A stretch of DNA of 64,000 nucleotides from an uncultured Chthonomonadaceae bacterium (lineage in GTDB: Bacteria; Armatimonadota; Chthonomonadetes; Chthonomonadales; Chthonomonadaceae), in the NCBI GenBank assembly GCA_963835065.1, contig CAWIEK010000044.1:384001-448000 (forward strand). Direction: 5' to 3'. The translations under genes were made by a program, and so were the position numbers. Shown here one piece after another: positions 50,516-59,558 of the stretch. Below the pieces are notes generated by a model. That model was not told the origin of the DNA, did no database searches, and worked only from the letters and a program-made list of their open reading frames with translations. How positions within the stretch are numbered: the first letter of the stretch is position 1; each line of letters starts with the position of its first letter.

Positions 50516-52381
50516 ATGACGAACTCAGACGCATCCTTATCAAATCCTGAACCAAATTCTGACGCATCAAACGCTGCTCCATCAAATTCTGCTGCGTTAC
50601 CAACAACGCCGGCCTCTCTGGAAAAAGACGCCAAAGGCAAAGTGTCGCTATCCGCCATTCGCCGCTTGCTCGCTTTGGCCGCGCCGTATCGCCGCGTCCT
50701 GATTATCGCGGGCATTCTGATGTTGCTGTCTACCGCCGTGTCCCTGTCGCTGCCACTGGTCACGCGCTATGCCATTGACCAGTTTACCCACACGCGCCGC
50801 GCCCATCTGCTGGATCAACTCGGCATGGGATTGGTGGGACTGGTCATACTCGGCTCGCTGTTCAGCTACGGACAATTTCTGCTTATGGCGTATGCGGGTA
50901 ACCGCATTGTCATGGAAATGCGGCGTAAGCTGTTCGCGCATTTGCAGCGCCTGCCCGTCGCTTTTTTCGACCGGACGCGCTCCGGCGACCTGACCTCGCA
51001 CCTGTCCAACGATGTCAGCCAACTGCAAATGACCCTGACAAGCGATCTGGTGCAGCTTGCGGGCAACCTGATTACGCTTGTCTGCGGCATAGCGCTTGCC
51101 ATTATTATTGACTGGCGCCTGACGGCTGTTGTTGTGCTGCTTCTCCTGCTCGTGATGAGTTTTTTCATTGTCAACGGCAAGCGGCTGCGTAACTTGAACC
51201 GGGCCAGCCTGGACGCGCTTTCCGAAGCAATGGGAAATATGAGTGAGGCGTTCGCCAACATCCGCCTGGTGAAAGCCTTTGCCCGCGAACCGCACGAGGA
51301 TCAGCGGACGGGAGAGAAACTGGCGCGCATGTTCGACCTGAGCATGAAAGCCAGCCGCCTGGAAAGCGCGTTCGGTATCGTGGCTTTCAGTGGCTTTACC
51401 CTTGTGCTGCTCGGCGTGGTTTGGTACGGGGGGCATAGTGTGCTGAATGGAACGCTTTCGCCCGGTTCGCTGGTGGCGTTTTTGCTGACGATAACCATTA
51501 TCAGCGGGCCGATGGGCGCGCTGGCGATGCAGTACGCCCGTTTGCAGCGCGCGATTGGCGCGGCGGATCGCCTGTTCGCCCTTCTGGATGACGCGCCGGA
51601 ACCACCCGACCTGCCGGACGCGCAGGACTTTCCCGATGGCGCGGCGCATGTCGTTTTCGACGGCATAGATTTCGCGTACACGCCCGATACACCCGTCCTC
51701 AACCAACTGACCTTAGACGTGCCCCCGGGCAAAGTGACGGCGCTCGTGGGGCCAAGCGGATCGGGCAAAACCACGCTGGCCGCCCTCCTGTACCGCTTTT
51801 ATGAAACGCAGGCGGGAACCATTACTATTGACGGCATCCCCGTAACCCGCATCAAGCGCGACCAACTGCGCGAAAACATCGGGCTTGTGCCCCAGGACCC
51901 CGTGCTGTTCAACGGCAGCCTGCGCGACAACATCCGCTACGGCAAGCTGACGGCAACCGATGCGGAAGTGGAGGCCGCCGCCCGCGCCGCCAATGTAGCG
52001 GAGTTCGTCAGCCAGTTTCCGCAGGGCTATGACATTATGATCGGCGAACGGGGCGTTACGCTGTCGGGCGGGCAGCGGCAGCGCGTGGCGATTGCCCGCG
52101 CCGTGCTGAAAAACCCGCGCCTGCTGATTCTGGACGAAGCGACAAGCGCCCTGGACACCCGCAGCGAAACGCTGGTGCGCGAAGCCCTGGAGCGCCTGAT
52201 GCAGGGCCGCACCACGCTGGTTATCGCGCACCGCCTGACGACCATTCGTGACGCCGACCAGATCGCCGTGCTGGAACAGGGAAGCATCGTGGAAATCGGC
52301 ACACACGAGCAATTGATGACGCAGGAAGGGCGCTACGCCGATTTGCAGGGACAACATCTTGTAGACAGCGTACAACGTTGA
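50516..52381 (+). CDS. ABC transporter, fused permease/ATPase (MsbA-like exporter)
   Basis: 6-TM domain, GPSGSGKT, LSGGQRQR, ILDEATSALD and IAHRL. Confidence 0.95.
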   Translation: MTNSDASLSNPEPNSDASNAAPSNSAALPTTPASLEKDAKGKVSLSAIRRLLALAAPYRRVLIIAGILMLLSTAVSLSLPLVTRYAIDQFTHTRRAHLLDQLGMGLVGLVILGSLFSYGQFLLMAYAGNRIVMEMRRKLFAHLQRLPVAFFDRTRSGDLTSHLSNDVSQLQMTLTSDLVQLAGNLITLVCGIALAIIIDWRLTAVVVLLLLLVMSFFIVNGKRLRNLNRASLDALSEAMGNMSEAFANIRLVKAFAREPHEDQRTGEKLARMFDLSMKASRLESAFGIVAFSGFTLVLLGVVWYGGHSVLNGTLSPGSLVAFLLTITIISGPMGALAMQYARLQRAIGAADRLFALLDDAPEPPDLPDAQDFPDGAAHVVFDGIDFAYTPDTPVLNQLTLDVPPGKVTALVGPSGSGKTTLAALLYRFYETQAGTITIDGIPVTRIKRDQLRENIGLVPQDPVLFNGSLRDNIRYGKLTATDAEVEAAARAANVAEFVSQFPQGYDIMIGERGVTLSGGQRQRVAIARAVLKNPRLLILDEATSALDTRSETLVREALERLMQGRTTLVIAHRLTTIRDADQIAVLEQGSIVEIGTHEQLMTQEGRYADLQGQHLVDSVQR

Positions 52382-52536
52382 ACTTATAGCAGGCGTTGTA
52401 TGTTGAAAGGAACAGATTAGAGCAAAAACGTGGATTAACCCTGGCAGAAGGTGTACTGATGTTTTAATGCAGCATAGCAGTGTTTGCAGCGACCAGGAAC
52501 GACGAACGGAACGAAAAGGAGAGGCTTGTTTTCAAC

Positions 52537-53085
52537 ATGAACCGTACATGCCCGGATTGCCGCTACCCGATGGTAACGGAGCGACACCACGACCTTGATC
52601 TTGATATGTGCCGTAACTGCGCGGGAATTTGGTTTGACGCCGAAGAACTGCGCCGCCTGATGACCGCCGATGCCGCCGGACTGTCCGCATTAGAAGCGCA
52701 GCTTGCTCCCCGCGTGACACAGCAGAAAATAAAGCCCGGCGTTATCACTTGCCCCTGCTGCAACAGCCTGCTGCACGTCTACCATTTTCAGTACGATTCG
52801 CCCGTTGAACTCCATGCCTGCGACAATTGCGGCGGCTGCTGGGTTCAGGAAGGCGAACTGGAAAAGATGCAGCAATGGCGTGAGCAATGCGCAAGCGAGG
52901 GCGCGCGCTCCGGCGCGAAGGGAGACGGTCACCAGGATATAAAAAAAGCGCCTGAACTGCCTCTCGCTCACGCCGGTACGCATCAAGACCGCGCGGCCAA
53001 TCGCCTGGAAAGCATACGCCACATCTGCGGCGTACTGCGCCAGCACAAACCGATCTGGCTGATGCGCGGCATTAAGGAAAAGTAG
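52537..53085 (+). CDS. Tandem zf-TFIIB-type zinc-ribbon protein
   Basis: CPDC...CRNCAGIWFDAEEL and CPCC...CDNCGGCWVQEGEL. Confidence 0.85.
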   Translation: MNRTCPDCRYPMVTERHHDLDLDMCRNCAGIWFDAEELRRLMTADAAGLSALEAQLAPRVTQQKIKPGVITCPCCNSLLHVYHFQYDSPVELHACDNCGGCWVQEGELEKMQQWREQCASEGARSGAKGDGHQDIKKAPELPLAHAGTHQDRAANRLESIRHICGVLRQHKPIWLMRGIKEK

Positions 53086-53147
53086 GGCATTTTCGTCATT
53101 CGGAACCCCGTGCCCCGGCAGTGGGGCGCAGAAGGATATAGTAGACG

Positions 53148-54587
53148 ATGGATTCCACCAAAGGGAAAATTACCCAACCGCAACCCGACGGGAACAATCC
53201 AACCCCGTCCGGCGCAGAGGCTTCTGCGCCGGACAAAATGCTGTATCAGGAAGCCCTGCGCCCGCAGTTTCATTTTAGCGCGCGGCAGAACTGGCTCAAT
53301 GACCCCAATGGCCTCGTCTTCTACAAAGGCGAGTACCACCTGTTTTTTCAGCACAACCCGCATGGCAACGAGTGGGGCAACATGACGTGGGGGCATGCCG
53401 TCAGCCGCGACCTGCTCCACTGGAAGCAACTGAACCCCGCCCTGGAACCCGACGAAATGGGAACCATGTTTTCCGGCTCCGCAATCGTGGACCACAACAA
53501 CGCGACGGGCTTCGGAACCGGCAAAGAAAAGGCTATTGTCGCCATTTACACCGCAGCCGGAGGCACATCGCCCGCCTCGCAGGGACAGCCGTTCACCCAA
53601 TGCCTGGCCTATAGCGCAAACCGGGGCCGTACCTGGCACAAATACGCCCGCAACCCCATCCTGAAACACATCGCGGACGGCAACCGCGACCCCAAAGTGA
53701 TTTGGCATGAGCCAACGCAAGCCTGGATTATGGCGCTGTATCTGGATAAAAACGATTTCGCCCTGTTCGCGTCCCCCGATCTGAAAAACTGGTCCCACCT
53801 GCACAACCTCACCCTGCCCGGCTGTGAGGAATGTCCCGACTTTTTTCCATTGCAAGTGGAAGGCAGCACTATGGGAACGCAGTGGGTGTTTATGGCCGCG
53901 AATGGACACTATCTTGTCGGCAGTTTTGACGGCAGGAAGTTTACGCCACACGGCCCCGCGCAGCCCTCGGATTACGGCGCGAATTTCTACGCGCCGCAAA
54001 CCTACAGCGACATTCCCGGCGTGGACGGCAGGCGTTTGCAAATCGCGTGGATGCGCGGCGGCAAATACCCCGAAATGCCCTTCAATCAGCAGATGAGCTT
54101 TCCCTGTGTGTTGACGCTGCGGCAGACGGCGCAGGGCTTACGCCTGTATCGCTGCCCCGCCGCCGAAATCAGCAAACTGGTCGTCAAGCAACAGCGCTGG
54201 CAAAACCTGTCACTGAAGCCCACGCAAAACCCGTTATCGGGTCAGCAGGGCGAGTTGTGGGACATGGACGTGGAGTTTGAACTGGAAAACGGAAGCGAAT
54301 TCGGCGTAACAACAAGGGGCGCAACCATCCGTTACAACGTCGCCGCCCAAACCCTGACCTGCCTCGAAAGCAGCATCACCTTAGAACCCGTCAACAACCG
54401 AATCCAACTGCGCCTCCTCGTAGACCGCAGTTCCTTAGAAGTATTCGCCAACGACGGCAGCGTGTCCCTCACCAACACCTTTCATCCCGCGCCCAACGCG
54501 CCGGATTTAACCCTGTTCGTCACCGGCGGCACAGTGAAAGTGGTCATGCTGCGGGTGCGCGCGCTGGCGTCGGCGATGGGAAGGTAG
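53148..54587 (+). CDS. Glycoside hydrolase family 32 (levanase/beta-fructosidase)
   Basis: Motifs WLNDPNG, WGHAVS, FSGSA, RDPKV, ECPD, FYAPQT and DRSSLEVF. Confidence 0.95.
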   Translation: MDSTKGKITQPQPDGNNPTPSGAEASAPDKMLYQEALRPQFHFSARQNWLNDPNGLVFYKGEYHLFFQHNPHGNEWGNMTWGHAVSRDLLHWKQLNPALEPDEMGTMFSGSAIVDHNNATGFGTGKEKAIVAIYTAAGGTSPASQGQPFTQCLAYSANRGRTWHKYARNPILKHIADGNRDPKVIWHEPTQAWIMALYLDKNDFALFASPDLKNWSHLHNLTLPGCEECPDFFPLQVEGSTMGTQWVFMAANGHYLVGSFDGRKFTPHGPAQPSDYGANFYAPQTYSDIPGVDGRRLQIAWMRGGKYPEMPFNQQMSFPCVLTLRQTAQGLRLYRCPAAEISKLVVKQQRWQNLSLKPTQNPLSGQQGELWDMDVEFELENGSEFGVTTRGATIRYNVAAQTLTCLESSITLEPVNNRIQLRLLVDRSSLEVFANDGSVSLTNTFHPAPNAPDLTLFVTGGTVKVVMLRVRALASAMGR

Positions 54588-54697
54588 ACAGTAGACGGTA
54601 GACAGTAGAAATGCCGGGCGTCCCATAGCTTTGTACTTCTATAACAGGCTGCAAGGCAGGTTTCTACCGTCTACCGTCTACTGTCTACTGTCTGCCT
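54582..54697. repeat. Heptamer palindrome (GTAGACR)4 ... (YGTCTAC)5 between convergent genes
   Basis: The left arm contains the GH32 TAG. The right arm ends next to the SDR stop codon. Confidence 0.93.
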
Positions 54698-54699
54698 CC

Positions 54700-55467
54700 T
54701 CAATACTTCGTCACCTGCTGCACCAAGCCGCCGTCAATGTAATACGTGCTGCCCGTGACGTAATCGGCTTCGTCGCTTGCCAGGAACAGGGCGACGCCGG
54801 CCACATCTTCGGGCGTGCCCCAGCGTCCCCAGGGCACTTCGCTGAGGGCGTTTTTGTTGGCTTCGGGGTCGTCCAGCACTTTCTGGTTGATGGGTGTGGC
54901 AATCGCGCCGGGGGCGATGTTGTTGACGTTGATTTTGTAGGGCGCGAACTCCAGGCACAGGTTGCGCATCAGCATCTTGACCGCGCCTTTGGACGCGCAG
55001 TAGGACGTGTAGCCCTGAAACGGAATGTCCTCGTGGGTGGACGAGATGTTGACGATCTTGCCGCCCGGTCCCTGCTTCACCATCTGCTTGGCCGCAATCT
55101 GCGTACACAGGTACGTGCCGAACAGGTTGACGTTTATCACCCGGTTCCACTCGTCGTCCGTGCCTTCCAAAAACGGCTTGTTGATTTCGATGCCCGCGTT
55201 GTTGATTAGTATGTCGAGCCGTCCGAATTTGGCAACGGTGTCGTCTACCATCTTCTGCACGTCGTCGCGCTTGCTCACATCGCCGCCAACCGCAATGCCT
55301 TCGGTGGCAAACGCAGCGACTTCCGCCTGCGCGTCCGCATCCCGTGTGCCGCCCGGCAGATAATTGACGGCGACATGCGCCCCCTCCTGCGCAAACCGAA
55401 TGGCAATCCCCTTGCCGATGCCGCTGTTCGCGCCCGTAATCAACGCTACCTTGTTTTGTAATCGCAT
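54700..55467 (-). CDS. SDR oxidoreductase (glucose 1-dehydrogenase-like)
   Basis: Motifs TGANSGIG, NNAG, YCASK and IAPGAIATPIN. Confidence 0.93.
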   Translation of the reverse strand: MRLQNKVALITGANSGIGKGIAIRFAQEGAHVAVNYLPGGTRDADAQAEVAAFATEGIAVGGDVSKRDDVQKMVDDTVAKFGRLDILINNAGIEINKPFLEGTDDEWNRVINVNLFGTYLCTQIAAKQMVKQGPGGKIVNISSTHEDIPFQGYTSYCASKGAVKMLMRNLCLEFAPYKINVNNIAPGAIATPINQKVLDDPEANKNALSEVPWGRWGTPEDVAGVALFLASDEADYVTGSTYYIDGGLVQQVTKY

Positions 55468-55643
55468 AGCCTGCTATCCCCGCCTTTCCCAACTGCAAAA
55501 ATGTCTGTTACTCCTTCCGTTCCTACGCAGGATGTGAATACAGGTTCCGCAACAAGCGAACATTCTTATTTTGTCTATTTTGGTTTTCACGCGCCGAAGT
55601 TGAGAAACCATCCAGCCAATGCGCGCGTCTGACAGGCAAGGCC

Positions 55644-55682
55644 GGTGTTCGGTATTCAGGTGTTCAGGTGTTCAGGTGTTGG
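55644..55682 (+). repeat. Orphan 7/8-mer arm (CAGGTGTT)n
   Basis: cggtgttcggtattcaggtgttcaggtgttcaggtgtt. Confidence 0.75.
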
Positions 55683-55706
55683 GACATTTCGCAGGGAAGG
55701 TTAAGG

Positions 55707-56066
55707 GTGGCAACAATCAAACGCAGCATAAATATAGCGTTCGGAGGCATAGGGCTTACATTGATGGTGGGGTTGGCGGGGTGCAACAGCCAGGACGCGC
55801 ATACCATCGCGCAGGACGCGGGCAAAATCGCCAAAGATGTCGGCGAAGCATCCGGCAACGCGCAGCTTGCTGGGCGCGTGAACACCACGCTGGTTCAGCG
55901 CAAGGGCGTCCATTTTCAAGGCTTGCATGTGGAAGCCAAAGACGGTGTTGTCACCATCAGCGGGCATGTCAACGACGCCAATGAAAAGCGGATTGTCAGG
56001 GAAACGGCGGAAGGCATACGCGGCGTGGATAAAGTGGATGTCAGCAAATTAAACACAGAAAAATAA
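55707..56066 (+). CDS. BON-domain lipoprotein
   Basis: Lipobox LAGC, VEAKDGVVTISGHV and IRGVDKV. Confidence 0.88.
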   Translation: MATIKRSINIAFGGIGLTLMVGLAGCNSQDAHTIAQDAGKIAKDVGEASGNAQLAGRVNTTLVQRKGVHFQGLHVEAKDGVVTISGHVNDANEKRIVRETAEGIRGVDKVDVSKLNTEK

Positions 56067-56178
56067 TTGTGTGAACCTTTTGCCGGCCCGCCGCAACCAA
56101 CAAGATGAGCATATACCAGATATTTTGTTTTTCTTTCACGGGAAGACGCAAATCGCGTCTTCCCTTCTTTTTTAGTGG

Positions 56179-56210
56179 TCGGTATTTGGTATTCGGTGTT
56201 CGGTATTAGG
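56179..56210 (+). repeat. Orphan heptamer arm (CGGTATT)4
   Basis: tcggtatttggtattcggtgttcggtattagg. Confidence 0.7.
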
Positions 56211-56238
56211 GTCCTGTCTTCTTCTCTCCTCTTCTTCC

Positions 56239-56610
56239 CTACCCCGGCGGCCACTGCATGAAGCGCCCGCCCAGAATATGCCAGTGGACGTGATGCACAG
56301 TCTGCCCGCCATTGTCGCGGGTGTTCAGCACCGTGCGGAAGCCTTCGTCCGCCATGCCGAGGATAGTGGCCGTTTGCTGCACGGCAAGCAGGGCGCGGCC
56401 TAAAAGCCCCTCATCGCGCATCTCCATAAGCGTTGGGTAGTGCGCTTTCGGTATCAGCAGGACGTGAACGGGAGCCTGCGGGTGCATGTCCCGAAAGGCA
56501 ACGAATTCTTCGTTTTCAAAAACCGGCGTGACGGGAATCTGGCCTCCTGCGATTTTGCAGAAGATACAGTTGCTGTCCGTCACTTCGATGGCCGCGTCTG
56601 TACTGGTCAT
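56239..56610 (-). CDS. Histidine triad (HIT/Hint) nucleotide-binding protein
   Basis: Motifs CIFCKI, PQAPVHVLLIPK and GGQTVHHVHWHILGGR. Confidence 0.95.
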   Translation of the reverse strand: MTSTDAAIEVTDSNCIFCKIAGGQIPVTPVFENEEFVAFRDMHPQAPVHVLLIPKAHYPTLMEMRDEGLLGRALLAVQQTATILGMADEGFRTVLNTRDNGGQTVHHVHWHILGGRFMQWPPG

Positions 56611-56743
56611 AACAAATCCATCCTATTCTCGCCCGTTCCGACATCAACAATTCAGATTACCCTTCCTCCCAAAGCAAGAGCCTACAAGCGTATTGAAGAA
56701 TGTTACGCAATACGTCTGTTCTCTCGCCCTATCCTCACCTGTT

Positions 56744-57223
56744 TTAGCTTGACGCCAGCGCTTTGACGAACTCATGCAGCGCTTCGCGTTCCTCGGGTTC
56801 CAGTGGCTTGGAGTGGGCGCGAGTCGCAAAGGTGTAAGCGGCGGCAGCAACCTCGTGGTCGAGGACTTGCGCGTGACCGGCAATCTGCATCAGGCGGCCC
56901 GGAGAAACGTTAAGCGCCCCCGCAAGCCTGAAAACAAGGCGGGGTTCCGGTGTTTTCTTTCCCTCCTCAATGAGGAACAGTTCCATTGCATTGCTGTCGA
57001 TCTCTCCCGCCAATTGTTCGAGGCTGAGCGAGCGTTCCCGTCGCGCCATATTCAAGAACAAACCAAGAACGGACGAGAACGCCGAGGCTGTTTGCTGACT
57101 TATGGCGCGTTGCTGCTCGACACGCCGATAAAACGCTTCTGTATCCACTACCCCGGCTGTCACACTGACACCTTCTTCCAGAGTTGCCATCTGTCGGATA
57201 GCTTCTTCATTGATAGTCTTCAT
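56744..57223 (-). CDS. XRE-family HTH protein
   Basis: LGLFLNMARRERSLSLEQLA...IEEG...LAGALNV. Confidence 0.85.
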   Translation of the reverse strand: MKTINEEAIRQMATLEEGVSVTAGVVDTEAFYRRVEQQRAISQQTASAFSSVLGLFLNMARRERSLSLEQLAGEIDSNAMELFLIEEGKKTPEPRLVFRLAGALNVSPGRLMQIAGHAQVLDHEVAAAAYTFATRAHSKPLEPEEREALHEFVKALASS

Positions 57224-57237
57224 TACGGGGTTCTCCT

Positions 57238-57848
57238 CTACAGTGGAATGCTTTCCAGAAAGGCTTGTGCTGCGTCTTTCGTAAACTCGAAGTACCGAAG
57301 CCCTTGATGGTCCGGGGCGGGATCGGCTCCCAAATCAATCATACCACAGCGATGATAAAACGGTTCTGCTTGCGGAAGTGAGTGCAGGCCAACACGTCCC
57401 TCATAGCCCACGGAGAGGCTGTAAGTCACTGCTTCTCGTATAAGAACGCTTCCACATCCCCGATACATCGGCGTGGGCACGATGTCTCGGTCATTCCACG
57501 GCGCAACGGATAAGAAAGGAATATACACGAGAGACGTCCCAATCTGCTCAGGATGCATGGATCGCGCAAAGGTGTCCTCGCGCAACGCCAGCGCTTGCAT
57601 TTCGCCTGCGACCGTGATGCCGCAGAAAACATACGAAGCCATCCCTCTAACCGCTTGGGCTTTCCGATTCCAATCCCAATGGGTGTGTTGTGGACGGGTA
57701 ATACCTGCCCGAATTTGTTGATTCAGGTACGGAGACCAGAGACCAACCGCCCCATCAATCTCGTCAATCGTCACGCCAACAATCAACTTTGCGCAACAAT
57801 GGCAGCATCCAGCGGCTTAACCAAATTAATATCTGTTTCTGTTCTCAT
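57238..57848 (-). CDS. GNAT-family acetyltransferase (putative toxin), frameshift near 57790
   Basis: Motifs HWDW, YIPFLSVAPWN, YRGCGSVL, GRVGLHSLPQAEPFY and YFE. The ATG at 57848 is one base out of frame. Confidence 0.8.
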
Positions 57849-57981
57849 AGGACAAGCCATGCCGCCTTCTTGTCAACTTCATCTTCCACGAAACGTTTTT
57901 CTCCGCGCCTGCCTCCATTATAACTCAAATACGCGGAACTACCATGCCTTACGACAGTTACAAGGCGCAGGCGGTAAATTC

Positions 57982-58485
57982 TTAAACCGTGCAGGTACAA
58001 CCGCACAGCAGGTTTATTTCGACAGGCGAGGCGTATTCCGTCCGCTCCGTGCCGCGCACATGCGTAACCTGATTGGTATAAGGATTGAAGACAATAATGT
58101 CCTTCACGTTTTGGGACACGTAAAACGGGATGCTGAGAAGCATATCTTTGGCCTCGTAGCCCTTGCTGATAATTTCGATGACGGCTTCGGGCAGCAGAGT
58201 CACCGCGCTTTCCTGCTCATCCGGCTCACGGCAGAAGATGCTGATGTCAGGACGTTTCTGCGATCCGTCAGGAAAGCGCACATCCACATCGGCGTAGTGG
58301 TGACAGGCGCAGCCACTACCGGTATTGCCTGTTCCCGGTACGCGACGAATGGTGCTGCGGATGATGTCTATCGTCTTCTGGTGCTTGAGAACGGGAAGGG
58401 CTTCCCAAACAGGGATGCCGCCTACCATTTCCAGTTTAATGCCTATTTCTTCCGCCGCATATTGCAACTCTTCACTGATTTCCAT
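57982..58485 (-). CDS. Uma2-family (PD-(D/E)xK) endonuclease-like protein
   Basis: Motifs KLEMVGG, KRPDISI and LPEAVIEIIS. Confidence 0.88.
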   Translation of the reverse strand: MEISEELQYAAEEIGIKLEMVGGIPVWEALPVLKHQKTIDIIRSTIRRVPGTGNTGSGCACHHYADVDVRFPDGSQKRPDISIFCREPDEQESAVTLLPEAVIEIISKGYEAKDMLLSIPFYVSQNVKDIIVFNPYTNQVTHVRGTERTEYASPVEINLLCGCTCTV

Positions 58486-58526
58486 ATCCTTTATCCTTTT
58501 TATGGTCAGCGCTGCAAGGCCGGTCC

Positions 58527-58799
58527 TCATCGGGTGACACGCTCCATCAAAGCGCCCAATGTTTCCGCCACATTATAGCCAATGCGAATACCATAAAGCG
58601 CCGCGTCCGGGCGTTTGGCGTGAAGATGCCGGGAGGCTTCCAAGCCCAACTCGTCAATCTCGTAATCACCTGTTTCCACATCAATAATTACCATCTTGCC
58701 GATGTTCTCTTCTGTTTCTACCTTGTCGCGGATGCTTTGCGCATACATCGCTTCTCCCAATCGTCCAACCGCATCGCTGCTCATTTGTGAACGATCCAT
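58527..58799 (-). CDS. Small conserved hypothetical protein
   Basis: GEAMY..IRDKVE...GKMVIIDVETGDYE...IRIG. RBS present. Confidence 0.75.
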   Translation of the reverse strand: MDRSQMSSDAVGRLGEAMYAQSIRDKVETEENIGKMVIIDVETGDYEIDELGLEASRHLHAKRPDAALYGIRIGYNVAETLGALMERVTR

Positions 58800-58853
58800 C
58801 AGAATATCCTTTCTACCAATCAAGGAAATGTGTACTTCTGTTACATTTTGGGT

Positions 58854-59456
58854 TCAAGGAACCAAGCGGGCGCACTCGGCGCAGACATAATCCAGCAGGC
58901 CGAGCAGACGTGGTAGGTCGGTCAGGGCGTACTGGTCGGTTTCGTACACGTCGCCGCCCCGTTCCCATTTATAGAATAGCCAGCCCTGCCCGTTGCTCAC
59001 GATGCCGTATACATCTACGTCGTGGCCTTCCTGTCGGTTGTTCCACGCGCAGGCGTACATTTCAGCCAGGCATTGCGCCTGTCCGCGCTCGAAGTCGTCG
59101 CGTTTGGCTTCGACAGCGCACAGGAGGGGCGTTTCCAGATAGGCGCGAAAGGGCGCAATCAGGTAGTCGGCTATGCCCGTTAAGGTATCCGTTTCCAGAG
59201 CCGCCGCTTTCCACACTTTCAAATTCGGATGGTTCGGCACCACTTCGGCAAACAGGGCGTCAATCAGCAGCGTTTTAGCCTGTTCCGTTGATCGCAGATC
59301 GAACGAATTCAGACGACTCAAATGCGTCAGCAAAGCCTCACTTGGCGGACGCGCAGGGGCGTTCGGCTGCCACAGCGTTAATGTCTGCCTGCCAAGCATC
59401 TGCATGACATCTTTGAGTTTGATAACCGAGTATTTGTGTTTGGTTGATTTTCTCAT
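58854..59456 (-). CDS. Hypothetical restriction-endonuclease-fold protein
   Basis: GIADY, AVEAK, GQAQCLAEM and YGIVSNG.GW.F resemble HsdR-N-like PD-(D/E)xK motifs. Confidence 0.7.
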   Translation of the reverse strand: MRKSTKHKYSVIKLKDVMQMLGRQTLTLWQPNAPARPPSEALLTHLSRLNSFDLRSTEQAKTLLIDALFAEVVPNHPNLKVWKAAALETDTLTGIADYLIAPFRAYLETPLLCAVEAKRDDFERGQAQCLAEMYACAWNNRQEGHDVDVYGIVSNGQGWLFYKWERGGDVYETDQYALTDLPRLLGLLDYVCAECARLVP

Positions 59457-59558
59457 GAGGAAAGCGCGTCTGCGTATACTTTCAGGGTTGTTTTTACTCC
59501 TGCCCTCATTATAACGCAAACGCGCTCGAACTACAATCGCTATGTACGATGGTGTACG

